Shown here: in pieces, positions 22,862 through 64,000 of the stretch
Numbering within the stretch: the first letter of the stretch is position 1
How the letters are laid out: each line of letters opens with the position of its first letter
NCBI GenBank assembly: GCA_051294375.1
Contig: CM119269.1
Location: 708,272 to 772,271, forward strand
From: Paraspadella gotoi
Lineage: Eukaryota; Animalia; Chaetognatha
Direction of reading: 5' to 3'
DNA: 64,000 nucleotides
Notes under the pieces: generated by a model
Databases searched by the model: none
Told to the model about the DNA's origin: nothing
The model's input: only the letters and a program-made list of their open reading frames with translations
Translations under genes and position numbers: made by a program

Positions 22862-25253
22862 ATGGATTACTTTGGGATTCAACCACCAGGGGCGCGACAG
22901 TCGCGGACTTCATCGCAATTATCCCCGCGATGCGACTTGGTTTCCGGAACGGCCGTTGGCGGTGTCTCCGAGGCCGTCCTAATTTCCTTTCGCTCTTTGT
23001 CGGAGGACGACGAGGACGACGACGACGGCGTCATTCGCCGACCGACGCCCCCGCCCCCGACGACGAACGCTGACGAAGCGGCGTCGGAAGAATTGACGGT
23101 GGACGAGATCGACGTTGGCAACGGGGATACTCATCGGAGGTCGAGAGGCTTGTCGGATGGATCGGGAGGCGTGGCCTGTCACATTTCGAGAAGATCGGAA
23201 GGCGGTTCTGAGGAAGAGCTTCAAGAAAAGACGAGAAAGATGCCGGACAAGAATCGATCTTGGGAAGAGCGAAAAAGAAACGGAGCTTCCGCTTCTTCGA
23301 TATTTATTGTTGGAGAGACTCATTCCGACGACGAAGACAAAAGACCATGGGCCGATATAAGCGACGAGGAGGTCGACAACGACATTGCCGACGAAGATGG
23401 TCGTCATAATGACGACGATAACGGCGACGCTCATGGTTTCAAAAATGGAAAGAACAATTATGCACTATCTGTGAAACATTTCTCGAAAGATTTAAGAGAA
23501 AAAGACGCGCGGACTCTCGACTCATTTCTATTTCCGCCAAATGAGGCTCGTGACACGGATGAGTTGAACACATTTGGCGAGGATACCGAGCAGACCTCGA
23601 TCAACATCCCCGTCGACGACGACTGTCTCGACTCATCCCCGTCGCCGCCGCCGACGCCGCCTCCGAAAAACTTTACTTTGTCGCTCTCTCCGTCGGAAAG
23701 CGGAAGCTCGACGACGCCGTCTCTGCCGACTTCGCCCTCGTCTCCGCCGTCGACGCCGCAGCTTTCCGGTTCCGCAGCGTCGGAGTCTTTTCCGTCGGAG
23801 TCTTTTCCACGGACGTTCATCGATACGCCCTCGCCACCGCTATCCCCGCCGCCTTCGCCGCCGCCGCGTTGCTACACGCCGATCAAAGTTGATTCGGTGT
23901 CGCCGGGATTGTCCATCGCGCGGACGAAGGGTTTCGACGAGAACGACGACGAGGAAAATGAAATAAGGCGCCAGGACATAGAGGTCGCCCAAGAGAATTT
24001 CGAGGAAGAGAGCGATTCGCCGGTTCCGTGTTGTCCGACGACTCGATCGTCAACGTCGGTTTCGCCTTCGAGCCCCGTGACGGCGCCTTCCTTCTCTAGA
24101 AGTTCGAGCGAATCCATCGTAGAGACTAAAGGCAACAAGTCGGTAATCAGGATTTTCTCGGAAACTGACGTGACAAGAGTCGAGGGACCGATCGATCTCG
24201 TGGGACCTTTCTTTCCCGGAGGCGTGGACGATGACGACGTCGACGACGACGACGACGAAGAGGAAAATAACGTCGACGAATACGATGATGAAGGAAAAGG
24301 TTTTCAAGATTCCTCGTCGTCATTTTCGTCTTTAACGATGTCGTCGGCAAAAACAAATCAACATCTTCGTCGATTAATTGTTGAAAACGACGATGAAGTC
24401 GACGACGTTTTTGACGTCAACGTTGTTGCGTCTCGGAAAAAGGATAACGATGACGAGCGTTCTCAGCAACCGGATCGACGCGTCCAACTTTATCATCCGC
24501 CGAGAAGTCCGTTGTGGATTTTGATAAAGCGTCTTCGCGTAACGTCGCTCACGGATTCGATGGTCGGCGGCCTCGTCGTTTGTTCCTTCGGAATTCTCGA
24601 AGGACGCGCTTTCCGTAGAGAGGTTTACTTGCTGCGACCCGTCAACGAAGGTGACGTTTGGCTGGATGCTCATAAATGAAAACAAAAAAAACAAAACAAA
24701 AAACTAAAACAAAAAACGGACGATGAGTGATGAAATATTTAAAAATGTCTAAAATTCTCTTTTCCAGAAACTCAAGAGGAATTTCCATTTTGTTTCTCCG
24801 TGTCGTGGGATGACAGCGCTTTCATAAACCCTGGCGTCGATTTTGAACCACCATCTTCAACAAAAGACGTCGAAGTCTCAAAATTAAAATGTTTTGACGC
24901 AGTCGTGCAGTTCCTTCGACCCGATAATGAGGACGGCTCCGGCCTCAACTTCCTTTTTCGGTCCAACCATCCTCTTACAAAGGTAGCTGAGCCTTTAGTG
25001 AGTCAGGTTTCTCGAATAAAAAAGAAGAATCTATTTTACTATCAAATTTTTAATTCCGATAGATTTTACGACTCGCACCATTCGACGTCGCCACTTTGGA
25101 TTCGGCGCCAGCGTCACTTTTTCGAGACTTTTTCGATGGCGCCCCGGACAGGCGTTCGACGCCGGCGCCTCAAGACGAACCGGCGTCGCCCTCTTTAGTC
25201 GAAATCGGACGATTGACGTCCAAGAGATTAGAATGGCCGCTTCGTCTTTCGAG
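22862..25253 (+). CDS. Large acidic, Ser/Pro-rich exon plus two small exons; possibly the 5' end of the downstream RhoGEF
   Basis: 605-codon ORF with a donor GAAG|GTGACG at 24650; phase-compatible exons about 24768-24981 (ETQEEFPFCFSVSWDD...) and about 25063-25253. Linkage to the RhoGEF is inferred from strand and from the long N-termini of AKAP13/ARHGEF28-type proteins. Confidence 0.7.
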
Positions 25254-26740
25254 GTGAGCGTTCTCGTTTCCAAGACGATTTAATTCTTTATTGTTATAGT
25301 CTAAGGTTCAACTGAGCAACAAGTGACAACAAGTATTGAGTATCAAATGATAAAATAACTTTTACAGTGAGCTTAGCTCATGAAATACTAATTTTTTTCC
25401 CCCTAATTTATATCAAATAAGTTTATCAAAGTTCGAACCAGCGTCCGGTCATCCCCGTTTTGAATTTAATGTTCAACGATGTACAACGCCCTCTTTAATT
25501 AAAGATCCGATATTAGCGGTAGCCGACCAAATTCTAATTTTAATGGGAACAGCATTAAACTAATCTATTATTGGTATTAATTATTGTGTTAAAATATTTT
25601 TTTGCAAAAATGTTCCGAACCATGAGTAATTCGCTAATTAATATTATTATATTGCTATATAATGTCAAAAGTTTTTTTTTGGATATTTTAAGTTTTTTAA
25701 TTGATTCTGATAGAGCTTAAAAAGTTAAGCAAAAATATAATTACAACTTTTAAAAATTTTGAGTTTTATTACTAAAAATTAGTAAAAACTGCTAAAATCA
25801 TCGGATGATGATGATGATTGATGATTTTTTAAGGTTTTTCTCATTTAAACCCACTTACAATCAAAATATTGGAAAAAGAATTATACTTTGTGTAGATAAC
25901 TTTTCATAAGCTATTTGAATCTGCTTTTAAAATAAAAAATTCCCCAAAAATTTTTGACATTTCCTATCTATAAATAAATATTAAAAATTAATTACTAATG
26001 CTTCTTGCCATTTTAAAAAATTTTGCTCCATGAAAGTTTTCTCAGAAATGTATGAAGTTTCATTTGGAAAGGTTCCCAAATCAAACTTCTGACCCACACC
26101 CATTGACGAAGTTTGGCTCCCCCTCGCCCTCCCCCTACCCCTCTCCCTACCCCTACCCCTACCCCGTTTCTCCTATCGACCCGGATAACGGTTCACTTTT
26201 ACTTCCTCGTAAACCCTTTTTTTTCCATGTTCCTCATCGTTAATCCATCCACGGATGTCGTTCCTGAATTCAATCAGAAACATTTTTTCTTTCTCATCGC
26301 GTTGAGTCAAGATTATATGACGATTACTATTCGACGATCGTCTCCCTTCGCCTTTGCCATTTCCCTCTCTCGTCGCTCTTTCCCAATTTCCTTTCTATTT
26401 TATCTTTTTTGTTTTTTGTTTTGTTTTTTTTATTTACCTTCGTTTAAGATGTATTTTTAACCGATTCCTTTATTTTTTCCCCCTTTTTTATTTTTTTCCC
26501 TTTTTTTTCACTCGTCTTCCTTTTTCCCCTTCCTTTATTTTAAAGCTTTTCTTTTAAAAATTTAAACCATCAGTTTCATTTGACTTTGGAGCAAAAGCGA
26601 AACTCGTTCCCGTAATTTCTTCGTTTAAAAAAACAAATTATATTGTGTCCGGTAAATCATTTATCAATATATCTAGATTTGCACATTGTACAACGTAATT
26701 ATTTGGTTGACTGTATTTTCTTAATCGCCAATCTGTGTTG

Positions 26741-26745
26741 TCATC

Positions 26746-26804
<59 letters not shown>

Positions 26805-27399
26805 TAATTTTCATGATGAGCATTCAGCATCCGCCTCTTCTCACGAGTATCGATCTTTATTTATTCTTTTCCACTCTCGTCCAACTCATGGACGCCTCGA
26901 TGTCGTCGTCGCCATCATCAATCATCATCATCATCGTCATCATCATCATCATCATCTTCATCATCATCCTTATCTCTGTAATTATCATCATCCATATCAT
27001 CATTATCTTTATCATTTTCATCATCGTCATCAATTTCATCCTCATAATCATATTTATCCTCATTGACATTTTCATCATCACATTCCATATCATCAATTCC
27101 TATCATCATCATCATCATCATCATAATATTAATCATTTTCATCATCGTCATCATAATTATCATCATCATCACGATCATCATCATCATTAAAATCCGTGCC
27201 TGAGCCGACGTCTGCCCTCAAAGTTCATTAGATTCCCTTCTCCGTCTGCTCGCTCTCTCGCTCTCTCGCTCTCTCGCTCTCTCTCTCTCTTACCTTGAAT
27301 TTACCACCGCTATTGCGCGCAAGATATATCGAAAGAATGGGGGAGTGAGAGGAGAGAGAGAGTGTGTTTGAGAAGAGAGAGAGAGAGAGAGAGAGAGTG

Positions 27400-27469
<70 letters not shown>

Positions 27470-27969
27470 AGAGATGAGAGAGAGAGAGAAGAGATGAGAG
27501 AGAGAGAGAAGATGAGAGAGAGAGAGAGAGATCTCCCAACGCTCTTGTATTCTGCAATAGCGGTGAATTTGTTGTTGTTCTCGTTCCTCCTGTTGTAGTC
27601 GATGTTATCGTCTTTGATCAAGAACCACAATTGGCGATTCGCCTCTGCAATTCAGTCGTAACTCGATCCCAATTTTCCATTTTTTTTCTCGAGAGTTTGT
27701 ATTAATTTTTTTAAAGTTTAATGTAAATATTTTTATCAGTCGATTCAACCCGTTGATAATGTCTTTATCTTTAAAAAAATAATAACCTTCAACGCTTGCG
27801 CATATAAAGTAAAAGGTAAAATCTACCGCTGCTTTCCAAGAACATTACTATTCACGGTATTATATACATTATAGATGGGAGAAGATATCTCACTAAATAT
27901 TGTTTCTTTTTCTTTCCTTTTTTACTTTTTTTAAACTTTCTACTTTTCTCTCATTTTTCTTTTTTGTTT

Positions 27970-28055
<86 letters not shown>
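26741..28055. repeat. Microsatellite cluster: (CAT)n, degenerate (CAT)n, (GA)n, (CTTT)n
   Basis: Direct reading: 26741-26803, 26913-27187, 27347-27530, 27970-28055. Confidence 0.95.
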
Positions 28056-28057
<2 letters not shown>

Positions 28058-28090
28058 TTTCTCGTTCTCTCTCTCGCTCTGTCCTCTCAA

Positions 28091-35701
<7,611 letters not shown>

Positions 35702-36223
35702 TTTGAATGGTGATAGATCATTAATTTTTCTTGCACGGGAAAGTGGCGAAAAAATTCCTATCTCTTATTGTAGCGGAAACAAAAATTTAATAATTATGAA
35801 AAAAACATTTAGTTGACCCTACCTAAATATTTATATAATCCATTATTTTATTTTTGATTAAAAAATATTTTTACTAAATTCCAATTTTATTTTTTTATTG
35901 TACAAAGCTACAATTTTAGGTTTAAGCCTCATTGAACAAAGGCTTTACAAGACTAATATTTTTTAATTTTATATTTATTTAAAAAGCAGACAAAACAAAC
36001 CTAAATTCTATTCTTATAGAACAAACACTGTAATAATTATTAATTAATATTCATATTCATCCCTTAAATGTATTATTAAACTATATTGATTCCAAATTAT
36101 AACAATTAAAAATTTAGCAAAAGTACAGAATCTTTTTTTTTTTTTACATTTATATTCTTCAAAGAGTTTTATTTTCATCCAATTAACAGAATCATTTGAA
36201 AAGAAAGTTTAATAAAATCACTT

Positions 36224-36248
36224 NNNNNNNNNNNNNNNNNNNNNNNNN
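36224..36248. other. Assembly gap (25 N)
   Basis: N-run. Confidence 1.
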
Positions 36249-38469
36249 AGTCGATACCTTAAATTTTGATTCATTCCTAATTTTTTTTTATTATAAATTT
36301 TTGTAATAAAAGCTGAAAATCTTTTTAAAATTAGATCTTGCCCTTTTTTGGAAAAAAAAATTTTAAATTTGAAAAACATTTTCTTCTTACTGATTTTTTT
36401 AAAGAAAATTAAGCTCGCTGATTTTATTGACTTTTTTAACTACTTTCCCAAATGATTATAGAAGAAAAAATTATATGGTCAGAACCAGCTTAAGTAAAAG
36501 GGTCAAACGTTATGTTTTCAGCTTTTTACCCTCCCTGTTCACTTGGTCCCCTTAAAACATATATAGTTTTTTATAAATTAACCCAGATTCGGCTGTTAAG
36601 AACTATATTTGAGGAATGGAAAGTCCAAAGTTGCGGTTCCACCTGCTTTGCCTCTTCCTGGATTTCCTCTTCCTACTCAGACCGTAATTGATGGAACTTT
36701 TCGTCCTCCAAGTTTTTAACGTTTGCCGGATTTAAAAAAAGGGGGAAAAAAAAGAAAAAAAAAATTGGTCGATTCTTTGTTACTGAAGAGACAAGAGCAG
36801 AGGACGCGCGTATTTTTTGGATTTTAAGTCATTTTTTAATCACGTTGCAAAGAGTTAAAATAATAATTTTGTTTTAATTTTAATATTGAAAAACGATTTT
36901 ACTATTAAATAGTGTTTTTTTTAAATATCCTTTTTTCACACATCGATATTACGTTACAGACGCATTGAATGGCATCGATTGATTTGGATTCAAACCAGAC
37001 AAAAAAACATCGATTAAACTGGAGACATCTTAAAAAAATAAATTGACAACGATAAAAAAAAACAAAAAACAAAAAACAAACAACTTGACGCGGCCAAAAC
37101 TCACCACTGAATTCTTCAAGTTCTTCCGATCCACTCGCCCATAATATATTAAACGAGAAGCACGCACTGTTGATTCTCACGTTCGCGCTCGGGATCAGGC
37201 ACTCACGAGGAAAAAAGGGATTCACGGCTGACAATTTTCTCCTCGTGGGTTTAGGCGGAATTATTCGCGACGGAGGTGACCGCCCCCGGGCGCTACCCTG
37301 TTTTTGTGTGCCTCTTTTACGCACTGCCTACCCAGTACACATCCCTCAGTGCTTTGGGAAAACCACGTATAGAGCGGAGCGAGTCCTGAAAGTTTTCACT
37401 CATGAAAAATGTGAGAATTGACAACTCTCACTCTGTTGAATCGATAAATTCAAAACGAGACGACAGTTGGTGACGAAAGTCAACACTGAATAAAAAATCA
37501 GCGACGGAAGAAAAACGTCGATAAAAAAAATATGTTTTCTTTTCTCTCGGTGCAAAGATAAAACAGATCGCCAGTTTTTCTCTTAACAGTTAAACTGAAT
37601 TTTTAAAAAAAAAAAGCCAAAATTTTACGGAACAGAAAATACAAGGTAATTTTTAATGAAATTTTACTAATATTTTTAAATTAATACTTTCTTTTTTTCT
37701 ACTCACGAAATTTTGGTGTAAATGTTTATTTAAAAAATTTAAAATTCGGTTTAAAAAAAAAAATTGTCTAAAAATAATAATAGTTTAAAAAAAAAAAATC
37801 GCTGACTTTCCATGGTTTTTTGATGTCGCGTTTCGAACTTTTTGCACCAGACATCGAGAGACTTCAAAATGTCGTGAAAAATTTAGTCGAAAGAAGTTGA
37901 TGGGTAGAAAAGAAAGTCGGAGAGGAAATCGGTTTTTCCTTTGCCATCTCTCACAGTCACAATGGTGCATCGATTATCGGAAACGGGAAAAGTCTGCCTT
38001 TGAGGGTGGAGGATGGGAGGTGCAGGGTGGGAGGTGCAGGGGCCTTCGGGGGCGGGTGAGTTCGGTGAAGATTTAGTGGAAGAACTAAAACTGGAACACG
38101 AAAGGAAATCGATGGTGAGAAAGAGAAATACTTACAAAACTTTATTCTTATTCCAAAGACGACGACTCAATTCTTTAAAATTTCTGAAAGATGGAAATTA
38201 AAATGGAATGTGTGGAAGACGATGCCGCGAGCTGTTCACCGTCCGTTGCACACTTGGTCCCTTAACTCCAGGCGGGTTAGAAGGGTTAGACTGCCTATTT
38301 ACAAAAATATCATGTAATCTGTGTAAAATTAAAAGGGATTAATATAAATTAATGAGTAACAATAATCATTTAAAATCGAATGTTTTATTAAACAAGTTAC
38401 AAGGTTGACAGTTACTGGGATCTTTAAAAAATTTTATTCCTTCATGCAAATCGATCATTTGTCCAGCGT

Positions 38470-39325
38470 CCTGCGCCTTGTTATCTTCTCCATGCTTCCT
38501 GCGCCTTGTTCTCTTCTCCATGCTTCCTGCGCCTTGTTCTATTCTCCATGCTTGCTGCGCCTTGGTCTCTTTTCCATGCTTCCTGCGACTTGGTCTCTTC
38601 TCCATGCTTCCTGCGCCTTGGTCTCTCTTTTCCATGCTTCCTGCGACTGTAGTCTCTTTTCCATGCTTCCTACGCCTTGTTCTCTTCTCCATGCTTCCTG
38701 CGCCTTGGTCTCTTTTCCATGTTTCCTATGCCTTGGTCTCTTCTCCATGCTTACTACGCCTTGTTCTCTTCTCCATGCTTCCTGCGCCTTGTTCCTTCTC
38801 CATGCTTCCTGCGCCTTGTGCTCTGCTCCATGTTTCCTACATCTTGTTCTCTTCTCCATGCTTCCTGCGCTTTGTGCTCTTCTCCATGCTTCCTGCGCCT
38901 TGTTCTCATCTCCATGCTTCCTGCGCCTTGTTTTCTTCTCCATGCATTCTGCCGCTTGTTCTCTTCTCCATGCTTCCTGCGCCATGTGCTCTTCTCCATG
39001 CTTCCTGCGCCTTGTTCTCTTATCCATGCTTCCTGCGCCTTGTTCTATTCTCCCATGCTGCTGGCCTTGTTCTCTTCTCCATGCTTCCTGCGCCTTGTTT
39101 TCTTCTCCATGCATTCTGCGCCTTGTTCTCTTCTTCTCCATGCTTCCTGCGCCTTGTTCTCTTCTCCATGCTTCCTGCGCCCTGTGCTCTTCTCCATGCA
39201 TTCTGGCGCCCCTTCTCTTTCTGTTTCCTCTGGCCCTTCTATTCTCCCCATGCTTTCCTGCGCCTCTGTTCTAATTCTCCATGCTTCCTGCGCCCTGTGC
39301 TATTCTCCATGCTTCCTGCGCCTCG
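38470..39325. repeat. Minisatellite, about 28-bp unit TTCTCTTCTCCATGCTTCCTGCGCCTTG, roughly 30 copies
   Basis: Tandem array read directly; produces periodic ORFs in several frames on both strands. Confidence 0.95.
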
Positions 39326-39337
39326 TCCCCTGCTCCC

Positions 39338-39375
<38 letters not shown>

Positions 39376-39959
39376 CTCTCGATCCTGCGGTCGGGTGAAG
39401 AGCTCGGGTTTATTCTTGACGTTCTGTTTGTTGTTGTTGTTTTCGACGGGGATTAGGATTTCCTCCTCCTCCTCCTCCTCCTCCTCCTCCTCCTCATCTC
39501 GAGAGGTGTGACGTCGTCGCAGTCTTGATAAGATTCTCATTTCCCCGCGAAATTTCCGCATTTTTTTTTCTTTCCTCTTCTCTTTCCTCCCAGAAATTCT
39601 ACTTTCTCTCGAATTTTTTTCGTAAAAATAAAATAATAAAATCTCAAAATCATGTGTTGCGTTTTCCCTTTTAATTTTTTTAATTTTTTATTATCAAATG
39701 TTTCCTTTATAAGGGAATGGTTTTATTTACCCCATTGTTCGGCACTCTTTGTGATATAGTCCAAAGCATAAAAAAATTTATCATTCATATTTGAAGAATC
39801 AGGAGATTCTGCTCATTTCTTGACAAAAGCCTTTTCGTAGACACTACCTTGAGCTTTCAATCTCCATCTTGCAATGAGAGTCCCCTTGTGGAGAAAATAA
39901 ACTCTTGATCCAAAAAGAATCGGGAGAAGCTAAGAGAGAGAGAGAGAGAGAGGCGAGCT

Positions 39960-40042
<83 letters not shown>

Positions 40043-40079
40043 ATATATATTATATATATATTTCCATGTTAAAGAACAT

Positions 40080-63918
<23,839 letters not shown>

Positions 63919-64000
63919 TGAGTAAGAATTGATTTTTTTTCCAAAATTAAAAAAAAAAATCAAATTCGATCTTAACAAAAGGCGAGTCTCCCTTCCACGA

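Noticed and set aside
25795-25890. Sequence shared with about 42040-42140
   Set aside because: An ordinary dispersed AT-rich repeat fragment with no identifiable termini.
36588-36682. Possible RhoGEF exon (IRLLRTIFEEWKVQS...)
   Set aside because: Its phase does not match the preceding candidate exon, it lies near an assembly gap, and the similarity is too weak to call.
38405-39456. Long Cys/Leu-rich ORFs (259-306 aa) in three frames
   Set aside because: Translation products of a stop-free 28-bp minisatellite.

Overview
Eukaryotic genomic DNA, most likely an invertebrate animal: AT-rich short introns, GC/CpG-rich exons, many microsatellites, two N-gaps and signs of indel-prone assembly. Minus strand: a multi-exon Son of sevenless Ras-GEF (1592-10474), NF-YA (11461-16427) and a mitochondrial citrate carrier SLC25A1 with an intron-free CDS (18605-19564). 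Plus strand: a large Lbc-family RhoGEF (C1-DH-PH; ARHGEF2/18/28/AKAP13/cysts-like) running off the right end, possibly starting at about 22.9 kb. Most notable extras: (1) short fold-back elements with a minimal hammerhead-ribozyme core in their loop (17.8, 47.8, 49.2 kb); (2) a 765-bp miniature LTR element (TRIM) with TSD, PBS and an internal hairpin array in a Sos intron; (3) a spliced orphan gene nested antisense in an NF-YA intron; (4) about 830 codons of alternative N-terminal exons inside the intron that splits the RhoGEF C1 zinc finger; (5) hAT, Harbinger and Tc1-type MITEs with TSDs. Exon coordinates were read by eye and family calls come from recalled protein motifs, not database searches.
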